DNA from: an uncultured Acidobacteriota bacterium
GTDB lineage: Bacteria; Acidobacteriota; Terriglobia; Acidiferrales; UBA7541
NCBI GenBank assembly: GCA_963789665.1
Contig: CAWBLT010000015.1
Coordinates: 34,445 to 98,444 of the forward strand
Direction: 5' to 3'
DNA length: 64,000 nt
Shown here: piece after piece, positions 37,842-46,872 of the stretch
Numbering within the stretch: position 1 is the first letter of the stretch
Layout of the letters: every line of letters starts with the position of its first letter
Notes under the pieces: model-generated
Seen by the model: only the letters and a program-made list of their open reading frames with translations
Told to the model about the DNA's origin: nothing
Database searches by the model: none
Made by a program: the position numbers and the translations under genes

Positions 37842-38117
37842 GGCTGCTCCTCCGCATAAGGTCGCACTGCCAGCAGCAAAGCCCGAAACATCCGGCGCCA
37901 GCCGATGCTCCCTGTGGAAATCAACCATAGAAATAATTGATACCTGCCATAGATTAAAAATACTTCGCGCCCGGAAAAAAAAGGCGTACCGTGCCTCCAT
38001 CTTTGGGGTGCAGTAACGCATCTGGGCAACGCTCTTAATAAAACGCAAAAATATACCGTGCGAACTTTCGGACGGCATTCCTGTTCGGAGGTCTGTCCGC
38101 GTCAATCGGAGGAACAT

Positions 38118-41100
38118 ATGTTTGAGCGAATCCGGCTCGCGATTTTCTTTCTGGCGTCGTGCATTTGCGTAGCTCTGGCTATCGCGCCGGGCGCGCACTC
38201 GCAGCAAACTCTGGGAGGCATCACCGGCACGGTTACCGATACGACCGGCGGCGTCCTGGCAGACACGATGGTGACGCTCGTCGGCGATCAGACCACCCTC
38301 ACGCGCACGCAGAAAACCAATTCCAGCGGCTCCTATGAATTTGTGAACCTGCCCATCGGCACCTACACCCTCACCTTCAGCCACGACGGTTTCGAAACCC
38401 AGAAAATTCCATCCATCCTCGTGCAGGCCGATCGCACCGTCAGCCTGAACCCTGCGTTGAAAGTCGGCCAGGTGGGAACGACCATCACCGTGGAAGAAAC
38501 ACCACTGCTCAACGCCGTGGACACCACCAACGGTTACGTCCTCGATAAAGCAGAACTCGAGGCGATTCCGCTGCCCACCGGAAGTTTTACCGGTCTCGCC
38601 ATTCTTTCACCCGGCGTAAGCGCGGAATTACCAGCCGGCACGGGCGCCAACGCCGGCCTCGGCAACCAGCCCATCTGGGCCAACGGCCAGCGCGACACCA
38701 GCAACACTTTCTTGTTGAACGGCGTGGACGCCAAGAATTTATTCAACGGCAAGAGCACCAGCCAGGTGGCGTCCGCGCGCATCGTGAACAATACCGGGGT
38801 GAGCGGCGCTGCCAGCGGCAACGGCGGAGTTGTTCAGAGTACCGCGTCGCCTTATCTCGCCGTTGGCCAATCCTTGCCCACTCCCGCCCCGGAAACCATT
38901 CAGGAAGTTCGCGTCAATACTTCCATGTACGACGCGCAACAGGGCTCCACCAGCGGCGCGCACATCGATATCAGCACCGCCTCCGGCACCAACGCAATCC
39001 ATGGCACCGCGTACCTGCACCGCGGAACAGACTGGCTCAACGCCGCGCCCTTCTTTTTTAATCAGGATCCCAATCTTCCCAACAATCTCAAAGTTCCTGA
39101 ACTCCATCGCTATACTTTGGGCGGAGCCGGGGGCGCGCCGATCATCAAGAACAAACTTTTCGTCTATCTCGGCTACCAGCACGTGCACAGTTCCGATCAG
39201 GAAATCGGCATCGGACGAGTGACCGTTCCATTCGGCTTCACCGCTGCCAACTGCGGCGCCACGCGCGCTACCGCGACGGTGGCGACCTGCCTGGCCAACA
39301 TTTCCAACACCCAGTTCGACTCGGGCCTCGACGGAACCGTCGGCACAGGTCCCAACCAGATTAGTCCGATTGCGTTGGGCATATTTCAGTACAAACTCCC
39401 CAACGGTCAGTACCTTGTGCCTTGGGACGACGGCGTCACGCCTACACTCAACTTCCCTGAAAACGCTCTCACCTCTGGCACCGCGTATTTCCTGTCCGAT
39501 CAAGCGGTCAGTGATCTCGATTGGATCGTCAACTCCAAGGACACTTTGGCTCTGAAGTATTACTACCAGCACGATCCCAGCATCGCTCCCTACGCTTATT
39601 CCAGCGTGCCCGGGTTCACTCAGCATCTCGATGCCGGCAGCCAGGTCGCCTCCATCACCAATACCCAGATCATTACGCCCAACCTCAACGTGGCCGAAGT
39701 TTTCGGCTTCATTCGCGAAAAAGTTTACAGCTCGATCGGACAGCCGTTCACGCCCGCGCAATTCGCGAGCTTCGTCGAGGCTTCCACCGGCGCATCGCCC
39801 GCCGAATCCACCATCAATACATTCGGCTCCAATTTCTTCCCTGGCATGACCATCGTCAATATGCTGGGCACGAACGCAAACAACGTTAACGCGGCGACTT
39901 TGACCATCGGGCAGGGCGCGCAATCCCAGGGCGCCAACACAGGGATTTTCCAGAACCGCTTCATGCCCTCCGCCAGCGCCACTTGGAGCCACGGTAAGCA
40001 CTCCGTTTCTTTTGGCGGCTCCTATTCCTATACCCAGCTCAACACCCGTGACCTAAGACCCGGCACGGGCATGATTGGCACCGTGGATCTCTCGCAGTTC
40101 CTGCAAGGCTTCGTCACACCCTATACGTCGGATGAATACGCCACCACCAACGTCCTGCAGGGCGATGCGAATCGCTATCTTCGCGCCAATGAATGGGGCG
40201 CGTACGTTCAGGATAAATTCCAATTTCGCCCCAACTTGAGCTTCACGATTGGTTTGCGTTTTGACGACGACGGTGGTCTGTCTGAAAAATACGGGCGTCT
40301 CTATAATTTCGATCCTTCGCAATACAATTACGAATCCTCCACTGACACCCTCATTTCGAACGGCATCGTTGTGGCCGGCAACAACCCGCAGTTCGCCAGC
40401 AAAGGAGTTAGCCCTTCCACTTTGACCGGACGCCAATGGGGTGTTGCGCCGCGCCTGGGTCTGGCCTGGAGCCCCGGAAGGCTTAACAACAAGCTCGTGG
40501 TCCGCGCCGGCTGGGGCTTGTACTACGATCGTGGAGAACTCTTCACTTATCTTTCCCCGGGGTTTGCGGCTGGCGTCGTCACCGGCGGACCGTTCGGCGT
40601 CAACCAGGCGCCCCCGTTCGTTACCGCGACGCAATGCACCGCTTCGTCCTTATATATGTACTATATTCCGACCTGCGACCCGACAACGTATGGATTCACC
40701 AATCCATGGGGCGCGACGTTGGGACCTCCTCCAACGGGTAACCCGGCTTCGATTGACGATTACCTGCCGCATACCGGAGCTCCAGGAGTCGGGATCGGCG
40801 CTGGCATCCTCGAAGGGCAGTCGCTCTTCCCCTTCGGCGTTTACAACCGTAAGAATAAACTGCCCTACACCATGAACCAGTCTCTCGACGTTCAATGGCA
40901 GCCGCGCCGTGACTTGGCCATCGATATCGGCTACGTTGGCAACCTCGGCCGGCACGAAGTAATTCCCGTGCCGTTCAACCAGGCGCAGATCGCCACGCCG
41001 ACCAACCCCACGTTGAAGGGCACGCCTTTCCAGCAGAACTACACCTACGGTTACACCGTGCAGGGTCCCGTCGGCTGCACCGTTTGCGCCCCGATCACTC

Positions 41101-42101
41101 TTCCCGACGGCTCCACGATGCTCAGCAACTTCGAAGGGGGCAATGTCGATTTTCGTGTTCCGTATCTCGGTTATTCCGCCGAAGCGCTTTCTTACACCGC
41201 CGCCGGTGTTTCTGCTTACAACGCGTTACAGATCCACGTCGAAAAACGCATGAGCCACGGATTGCAGATGGGTTTCTCCTACACTTATTCGCACGCTTTG
41301 GATGAACAGAGCGCCATGGGGTTGTTCTACAACGGAAATAACCCGCTCGACTTGCGCTCAGGCTACGGCAACTCGGACTTCGACCGCACCCACGTCATCA
41401 ATTTCACATATCTCTATCAATTCCCGAACAGGTTCAGCGAATCTTCGTGGAGAGGCAAGGTCGCGAACGGCTGGGCAGTCGAGGGCATCGGGGTTTTCCA
41501 GAGTGGCCAGCCCTACAGCATCATTGATTACACGGGCGCCGTGGGCAGTGTCTTCTACGGCGTCAACGACGGCATCACCAACCCAATCGTGCCGCTGGCG
41601 GCGGGCTGCACGCCGAAGAGTGCGCTCACGGGCGTGTCGGGCGCTTACGGAACTCCCGACAATCCGCAGTACGCGCTGAACTCCAGTTGTTTCACGCTGC
41701 CGCTCCTCGCTCCCACTGACCTGAATGGCGCGATTCCGCCAGGCGATACCTTCGAGACCAACTTCACGACCGGCCAACGCAATATTTTCCGGCAAACCTG
41801 GCAACGGCGCACGGACATCTCCATCGTAAAAAACACGCAGATCACGGAACGAGTCTCGTTGAAATACAGCTTCGACATCTTCAACTTGACTAATACTGCC
41901 AGTTTCGACCTCCCGCTCGATGATGTTTCACAGAACCAGTATTACAGCAACGTTCCCGTGGAAGGAACGGATGCTCTACCGAACAGTTGCCCGACGCAAA
42001 CGAACACCTCGTTCTACAACTGCCCATTTGGCCTCGGCGTGGTGAACAAGACGATCGGCAGCCCGCGGCAGATTCAGATGTCTCTCAGCCTTCAGTTCTA
42101 G
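38118..42101 (+). CDS. TonB-dependent-receptor-like outer membrane protein with N-terminal carboxypeptidase-regulatory-like domain
   Basis: ATG 38118 lies 4 nt after GGAGGA. Signal peptide MFERIRLAIFFLASCICVALAIAPGAHSQQ, then GGITGTVTDTTGGVLADTMVTLV...YEFVNLPIGTYTLTF, plug-like and long beta-barrel regions, and a C-terminal ...MSLSLQF. Confidence 0.9.
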   Translation: MFERIRLAIFFLASCICVALAIAPGAHSQQTLGGITGTVTDTTGGVLADTMVTLVGDQTTLTRTQKTNSSGSYEFVNLPIGTYTLTFSHDGFETQKIPSILVQADRTVSLNPALKVGQVGTTITVEETPLLNAVDTTNGYVLDKAELEAIPLPTGSFTGLAILSPGVSAELPAGTGANAGLGNQPIWANGQRDTSNTFLLNGVDAKNLFNGKSTSQVASARIVNNTGVSGAASGNGGVVQSTASPYLAVGQSLPTPAPETIQEVRVNTSMYDAQQGSTSGAHIDISTASGTNAIHGTAYLHRGTDWLNAAPFFFNQDPNLPNNLKVPELHRYTLGGAGGAPIIKNKLFVYLGYQHVHSSDQEIGIGRVTVPFGFTAANCGATRATATVATCLANISNTQFDSGLDGTVGTGPNQISPIALGIFQYKLPNGQYLVPWDDGVTPTLNFPENALTSGTAYFLSDQAVSDLDWIVNSKDTLALKYYYQHDPSIAPYAYSSVPGFTQHLDAGSQVASITNTQIITPNLNVAEVFGFIREKVYSSIGQPFTPAQFASFVEASTGASPAESTINTFGSNFFPGMTIVNMLGTNANNVNAATLTIGQGAQSQGANTGIFQNRFMPSASATWSHGKHSVSFGGSYSYTQLNTRDLRPGTGMIGTVDLSQFLQGFVTPYTSDEYATTNVLQGDANRYLRANEWGAYVQDKFQFRPNLSFTIGLRFDDDGGLSEKYGRLYNFDPSQYNYESSTDTLISNGIVVAGNNPQFASKGVSPSTLTGRQWGVAPRLGLAWSPGRLNNKLVVRAGWGLYYDRGELFTYLSPGFAAGVVTGGPFGVNQAPPFVTATQCTASSLYMYYIPTCDPTTYGFTNPWGATLGPPPTGNPASIDDYLPHTGAPGVGIGAGILEGQSLFPFGVYNRKNKLPYTMNQSLDVQWQPRRDLAIDIGYVGNLGRHEVIPVPFNQAQIATPTNPTLKGTPFQQNYTYGYTVQGPVGCTVCAPITLPDGSTMLSNFEGGNVDFRVPYLGYSAEALSYTAAGVSAYNALQIHVEKRMSHGLQMGFSYTYSHALDEQSAMGLFYNGNNPLDLRSGYGNSDFDRTHVINFTYLYQFPNRFSESSWRGKVANGWAVEGIGVFQSGQPYSIIDYTGAVGSVFYGVNDGITNPIVPLAAGCTPKSALTGVSGAYGTPDNPQYALNSSCFTLPLLAPTDLNGAIPPGDTFETNFTTGQRNIFRQTWQRRTDISIVKNTQITERVSLKYSFDIFNLTNTASFDLPLDDVSQNQYYSNVPVEGTDALPNSCPTQTNTSFYNCPFGLGVVNKTIGSPRQIQMSLSLQF

Positions 42102-42118
42102 CCCAGCCCACGCGAGCG

Positions 42119-42165
42119 GGAACGGCGGCCATCCCGGCAACCGTTCCTGCTCTCTTCTGCTTTTG
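42119..42165 (+). terminator. possible terminator after the OMP gene
   Basis: Stem GGAACGG (42119-25) / CCGTTCC (42141-47) with a 15-nt loop, followed by the T-rich TGCTCTCTTCTGCTTTTG. Confidence 0.4.
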
Positions 42166-42215
42166 CCCGCGCCGCTGGAATTTCCATCCGTTGCATCGCA
42201 ATAGATACAGTTAAA

Positions 42216-43538
42216 ATGCGGTCCATGTCCAGCATTTCAGCGCGCAGTCCCTTGCAGCAGCTCAGCGAGCAGATCGCCCACGGAGACATCACGCCGCGCG
42301 CCGCAGCCGAAGAGGCGCTCTCTCGCGCGAACGGCAATGCGAGCCACAACGTTTATATCGCGCTCGACGCCGAACAAGTGCTCGAAGAAGTGGATGCGTT
42401 GCCGCGGCGCTTCCCGCACGCTGCTAAGCCGCTGCTGTACGGCGTCCCTGTTTCGATTAAAGATTGTTTCGACGTAGTGGGATTCTCGACAAGTTTGGGC
42501 TCGCGCTTCTACGCCGCGCGCAACGGTGTAGCGCGCGAGGATTCCGGCGTGGCCGCGCGCCTGCGTTCGCAGGGCGCAATCATCATCGGCAAGACGCACA
42601 TGCATCCTCTCGCCTATGGCATCACGGGGGAAAATCCGGATTACGGCGACTGCATGCAACCACGCGATCCGCGGCGGTTGACCGGCGGGTCCTCCAGCGG
42701 CGCTGCGGCCAGCGTACAGGAGCAGTCGGCGCTCGCGGCGATCGGCACCGATACTGGCGGCTCGATACGTGTGCCCGCGGCGTTGTGCGGCCTCGCTGGG
42801 TATCGCGCGTCGATGGAGTTGGCCCACCAGAGTGAGTTGTGGCGCGGCGGCGTGCACTTGGCGCCTACGTTTGACACGTTGGGATGGCTGTTCCACGATC
42901 TGCGCGACGCGCCACTTTTGGCGGACGCGCTGTTTGGCCTGCGCGTTGCGGAAGTGAGCGACACGCGCGTTCGCATCGGCTGCGTGCGCGATGAGTTTCT
43001 GCACGATTGCAATGCGCAGGCGCTCGCGGGATTCGCGGAGTGGAAGAAAAGACTCAGCGACTGCGGCGCGACCATTATTCCGGCTGACACGGGTTACTGG
43101 GACGAGGCGCTGGAGATTTATACCGCGATCACCGCGCACGAAGCCGCGGCAATCCACGGCGCGAAAACCGGCGGAGATTTTTCGCACTTTCCCGCACCGA
43201 TTGCGCAACGGCTGGCGTGGGGTGCGTCACTATCAGCGGATGAAATCGCGCTGTTTCGCGCGCGCCATCTGCGGTTCCGCGAGCGAGCAGAATCGCAACT
43301 CCGCCAATTCGATTTCTTCCTTGCGCCCTGCGCCGCGCTGCTCGAACTCGCGGTCGGCGCCGATCACGCGGCGTCGCGCGGCGCGATTCTGCGTTACACC
43401 ACTCCGATGAGCCTGGTTGGGGCGCCGGTGGTGACGCTGCCGACCACGACTGGTGCGGGCGTGCAATTGATCGCGCCGCGCAATTTGGATGCGCGGCTAC
43501 TCGCGTTCGCAAGAACGATAGGAACGCAGCCGGCGTAG
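42216..43538 (+). CDS. amidase-signature family amidase
   Basis: 440 aa. Catalytic Lys context GVPVSIKDCF and the AS signature GGSSSGAAASVQEQSALAAIGTDTGGSIRVPAALCG. Confidence 0.9.
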   Translation: MRSMSSISARSPLQQLSEQIAHGDITPRAAAEEALSRANGNASHNVYIALDAEQVLEEVDALPRRFPHAAKPLLYGVPVSIKDCFDVVGFSTSLGSRFYAARNGVAREDSGVAARLRSQGAIIIGKTHMHPLAYGITGENPDYGDCMQPRDPRRLTGGSSSGAAASVQEQSALAAIGTDTGGSIRVPAALCGLAGYRASMELAHQSELWRGGVHLAPTFDTLGWLFHDLRDAPLLADALFGLRVAEVSDTRVRIGCVRDEFLHDCNAQALAGFAEWKKRLSDCGATIIPADTGYWDEALEIYTAITAHEAAAIHGAKTGGDFSHFPAPIAQRLAWGASLSADEIALFRARHLRFRERAESQLRQFDFFLAPCAALLELAVGADHAASRGAILRYTTPMSLVGAPVVTLPTTTGAGVQLIAPRNLDARLLAFARTIGTQPA

Positions 43539-43547
43539 CGCATCCCC

Positions 43548-43578
43548 GCACGCGACGACGAGCCATCGCGTCGCGTGC
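43548..43578. repeat. perfect 10-bp inverted repeat between convergent genes (hairpin, no U tract)
   Basis: GCACGCGACG (43548-57) / CGTCGCGTGC (43569-78) with an 11-nt loop. No T run on either side. Confidence 0.4.
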
Positions 43579-43618
43579 TACACCGATAGCCGTCACGCGT
43601 TGGCCCGGCTCGCTCATG

Positions 43619-44080
43619 CTATTCCTCCCCGATGTCTTCGTTCCACACGGCGGGGTGCGCGCGAATGTAATCCGCGAGCAACGACGCGCACTCTGCGGAA
43701 TCCAGATCAATCACGTTGATACCGAGTCCGCGCAGCCAATCAATGCCGCCCTGAAAGTTACGGCTCTCACCGACCACCACCGTGCCAAAGCCAAACTGGC
43801 GCACCAGCCCGCTGCAATACCAGCAGGGCGCGAGCGTCGTAACCATAATAAGGTTGCGATAACTGCGCTGGCGGCCGGCGTTGCGGAAGGCGTCGGTTTC
43901 ACCGTGCACCGAGGGATCGCTCTGCTGCACGCGGCGGTTGTGTCCTGCGCCGATGAGCTTGCCGGTGGAATCGAAGATGGCCGCGCCGATGGGGATGCCG
44001 CCTTCCGCCAGGCCGGTGCGCGCTTCTTGGAGCGCGACGGCGAGCATCGCCGCGTAATCAAGTGGAGTTGTCATGGTCAT
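43619..44080 (-). CDS. CDA-fold zinc deaminase (yeast-type cytosine deaminase / nucleoside deaminase-like)
   Basis: The start is set at ATG 44080 (MTMTTPLDYAAMLAVALQEAR). Zinc motifs HGETDA and LAPCWYCSG. The protein is about 150 aa, typical for this family. Confidence 0.85.
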   Translation of the reverse strand: MTMTTPLDYAAMLAVALQEARTGLAEGGIPIGAAIFDSTGKLIGAGHNRRVQQSDPSVHGETDAFRNAGRQRSYRNLIMVTTLAPCWYCSGLVRQFGFGTVVVGESRNFQGGIDWLRGLGINVIDLDSAECASLLADYIRAHPAVWNEDIGEE

Positions 44081-44147
44081 TTTATACTCGCTGTGGCGCT
44101 GCCCTGAAAAGCGCGATTTGCCGAGCGCAAAAGCATGCATTTTCGAC

Positions 44148-44222
44148 CGATTAGAATCATGCGAGGTTCTTTGTTTTCAGGAGATTACGGCGATTTCTAA
44201 TCGCAGTGGGGCCGATTAGAAA
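44148..44222. promoter_or_regulatory. three copies of CGATTAGAA (two direct, one inverted) upstream of the deaminase gene
   Basis: CCGATTAGAA at 44147-44156. TTTCTAATCG (44194-44203) and CGATTAGAAA (44213-44222) form a perfect 10-bp inverted repeat with a 9-nt spacer. Confidence 0.3.
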
Positions 44223-44646
44223 ACGGTGGCGAAAAGTGGAAAGTGATGCGTGACATATGGAAGAGGCGCTCTGATCTTGCCATCGGGAGCTGTGCGAGCT
44301 AATCCCTTCTCCCTGCCAGCGGCTGCGTCGCTGGGAAAACGAAAGCCGGAATCTTGTGCACGGTTTCATGTCCTAGCTTCCATTTGATGGTCGCATGGTA
44401 GCGTTGGAAAAACAGCTGTGCGTTAGTACAGACGTGGGACAGATTTGGTACAGAACTAGTACCACCTGGCCGAAAATTTTCCCAGGGCTGTACTTTCATT
44501 GTGGTGGCCGGTGCTGTGATATCTAAATCCCCACCCTTCGAGTATCGAAGCGTGAGGCAACCGGGCGCTTATGCTGGTGCGCGTCGAATGGGAGATAGCC
44601 CGCTGGCGCAACCGCGGTCCATCGGTGATCGCCACGAGGGTGCCGG

Positions 44647-45021
44647 CTAGCTGCGGCCGTCTTTGTTGATTTTGGCGGCGGCGCGAAGGATCAGCCAGCG
44701 CTGTTTGCCGTCCATGCGGGCGAATTGCTTGGCGAAGAGTCGCAGCTGGCGCGTGGTTTTCTTGTCGAGGCCCCAGAGCGTGGCAGGCTGCTCTTTCGGG
44801 ACGCGCAACTTCTTGACGGGAGTTTCATCGTCGGTGAAGAGCTGATGCAGCGGGACCTCCAGAGCGCGCGCGAGTTTTTCCAGCGTCTCGATGGAAGGAA
44901 CGGTGCGGCCGTTTTCCAGGCGCGAAAGGTAACAGCGAAACAAGCCAGTGCGTTCCTGGATGTCGCCTTGCGAGAGGTTTTGCGCTTCGCGGAGCCGTTT
45001 GAGGCGTTCGCTGATGACCAT
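44647..45021 (-). CDS. XRE-family helix-turn-helix transcriptional regulator
   Basis: 124 aa. ERLKRLREAQNLSQGDIQERTGLFRCYLSRLENGRTVPSIETLEKLARALEVPLHQLF is a canonical Cro/C1-type HTH. I do not recognise the C-terminal 50 aa. Confidence 0.88.
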   Translation of the reverse strand: MVISERLKRLREAQNLSQGDIQERTGLFRCYLSRLENGRTVPSIETLEKLARALEVPLHQLFTDDETPVKKLRVPKEQPATLWGLDKKTTRQLRLFAKQFARMDGKQRWLILRAAAKINKDGRS

Positions 45022-45324
45022 GGCGAGAGCTTACAATATTCTGCCGTGCCGACTCAATTATTGTTGAAGTAGAAGCGTTCTGGAGGTCAAATCCCCGGCG
45101 ACCTGGCCGAGACCTGTTCCGCATCGGCACATTTCCCAAGCCTAATTCGCCATTTCCACCCGCGGGTGTGCTTTGGGGAATGTGCGAAAAGTGAGTCATA
45201 TTGCACAGACTTCAAAAACCGCCTGAGTCATCATTCGCAAGTTAAGCTCCCCCACCATCCGCGCAACCCGCAGCCGCAAAGCCAGACCGGGCAAACGAAG
45301 GATGATCAGGAAAGGCCACGAAAA

Positions 45325-46719
45325 ATGCGTACGCTCCGCTCCATTCAATATTTTTTGCTCGCGCTCATAATTTTGGCCGTGCCGGCGACGTCCCGCGCGC
45401 AGTTCAGCGCGTCCATTACGATCGCTCCGCCGGAACTGGTCGTCTATTCGCAACCGATCTGCCCGCAGGAAGGCTATCTCTGGACGCCGGGCTACTGGGC
45501 CTACGGCGACGAGGGCTACTTCTGGGTGCCAGGCACATGGGTTGAGCCGCCCAGCGAAGGCTTGCTCTGGACTCCTGGCTATTGGGGATGGAACGATGGC
45601 GCGTACGCCTGGAATGGCGGCTATTGGGGCAATGAAGTCGGCTTTTACGGCGGCGTGAATTATGGCTACGGCTACGGTGGCTACGGGTACCAGGGCGGCT
45701 ACTGGCGCAACAATCGCTTCAGCTACAACCAGTCGGTGAACAACTTCGGCGGCCGGCATTTTAGCAACACTTATAACAAGCGAGTGACCGTGAGCGTGTC
45801 AAACCACGTCAGCTACAACGGCGGGCGTGGCGGAATCAGCGCGCGGCCCACGCGCGCGCAAGAAACCTTTGATCACGCGCGGCATACTCCGGCGACGGAA
45901 GCGCAATCAGGACACCAACGCGCAGCCGCCGGAAATCATGAAATGCTCGCGTCGGTGAATCACGGGCGTCCCGCAGTCGCGGCAACGGCCAAGCCGGGCG
46001 AGTTTTCCGGCAATGGCGCGGTGGCGGCGCGCGGCACTCCAGCCGGGAACAGGGCGACCGAGACGAAGGCCAACGAGAATAAGGCCGAAGCGAACAAGGC
46101 AGCCGAGACGAAGGCGACCGAGAACAAGGCCGCTGAGAACAAAGCTGCCGAGAATCGCACAGCTGAGAGCAAAGTGAACGAGAACAAGGCCGAAGCGAAC
46201 AAGGCAGCCGAGACGAAGGCGACTGAGAACAAGGCCGCGGAGAATCGCGCGGCTGCAAGTAAGGCGACGGAAAGCAAGGCTTCTGAAAACAGAGCAGCTG
46301 AGAACAAAGCGAAGGAAAACGAGGCGGCCGCGAGTCGCGCGACGGCAAACAAGGCCAGAGAAAACAACGCCGCGGCGGCACACTCTAACGAAAACAAGGC
46401 AGCTGCGAGCCGGGAAGCTGCAAAACCGGCGGCCAAGCCCGAACGTGTCGACGCGACACGCCCCGCTCAGCCAGCCGCACGTTCCGAATCGTCCCGCCCG
46501 GAGGCCAAACCCGCACCTGCTGCGAAGCCCGCGGCGAGGCCGGATCATCAAGCTGCTCCTGCGCGCACAGAGAGTGCGCCGAAACAGGCCGCTCCGCAGC
46601 AGCATGAGGCTGCGCCGCAACAGCATCAAGCCGCCCCGCAGCAACACGAGGCTGCGCCGAAGCAGGAAGCCGCGCCGAAGGCCCAAGCTGCGCGTCCCAG
46701 TGAAGAGAAACCAAAATAA
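45325..46719 (+). CDS. secreted W/Y-rich (YxWxPGYW / WXXGXW-type) repeat protein with a long A/E/N/K low-complexity tail
   Basis: ATG 45325 follows AGGAAAGG. Signal peptide [26 protein letters not shown]. Repeats [24 protein letters not shown]...[23 protein letters not shown]...[10 protein letters not shown]. Then [16 protein letters not shown]-type repeats and an APQQH(E/Q)A tail. Confidence 0.8.
   Translation: MRTLRSIQYFLLALIILAVPATSRAQFSASITIAPPELVVYSQPICPQEGYLWTPGYWAYGDEGYFWVPGTWVEPPSEGLLWTPGYWGWNDGAYAWNGGYWGNEVGFYGGVNYGYGYGGYGYQGGYWRNNRFSYNQSVNNFGGRHFSNTYNKRVTVSVSNHVSYNGGRGGISARPTRAQETFDHARHTPATEAQSGHQRAAAGNHEMLASVNHGRPAVAATAKPGEFSGNGAVAARGTPAGNRATETKANENKAEANKAAETKATENKAAENKAAENRTAESKVNENKAEANKAAETKATENKAAENRAAASKATESKASENRAAENKAKENEAAASRATANKARENNAAAAHSNENKAAASREAAKPAAKPERVDATRPAQPAARSESSRPEAKPAPAAKPAARPDHQAAPARTESAPKQAAPQQHEAAPQQHQAAPQQHEAAPKQEAAPKAQAARPSEEKPK
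46057..46380 (+). repeat. in-frame degenerate tandem repeats (15/21-bp GAGAACAAGGCNGCN-type units), including a 105-bp-period duplication
   Basis: AACGAGAA(T/C)AAGGCCGAAGCGAACAAGGCAGCCGAGACGAAGGCGAC(C/T)GAGAACAAGGCCGC occurs at 46072 and again at 46177, which is 35 codons apart. Shorter A/E/N/K-coding units surround both copies. Confidence 0.8.
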
Positions 46720-46774
46720 GTCGCAACCCGCCAGGCCATAAAGGTTCCGCGGGACCAACTCCCTCATACCCGTA

Positions 46775-46815
46775 AGCGGTTCGTGGCAGCACACGAGCCG
46801 CTCACATTTTATTTG
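46775..46815 (+). terminator. rho-independent terminator after the repeat-protein gene
   Basis: AGCGGTTCGTG (46775-85) / CACGAGCCGCT (46792-802), an 11-bp stem with one G.U pair and a 6-nt loop, followed by CACATTTTATTTG. Confidence 0.6.
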
Positions 46816-46872
46816 CCCAATCAAGTCCGCGTTGTCTTGGCCAGAAGGTGAGCACAGTCCGGGTGGCGATGC

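Noticed and set aside
44157-44499. A toxin or other small-protein partner for the XRE regulator (ORFs 44157-44369 and 44299-44499 on the - strand, and 44825-45199).
   Set aside because: The translations are Arg/Ser/His-rich with no RelE/HigB/Doc/Zeta-like motifs. There is no SD. The ORFs overlap each other or the XRE gene in other frames. I treated them as non-coding, but see the finding on this island.
46057-46380. CRISPR-like or other non-coding tandem repeat array.
   Set aside because: The repeats are in frame inside a long ORF and are degenerate at the DNA level. They encode an A/E/N/K low-complexity protein segment. There are no unique spacers and no cas genes.
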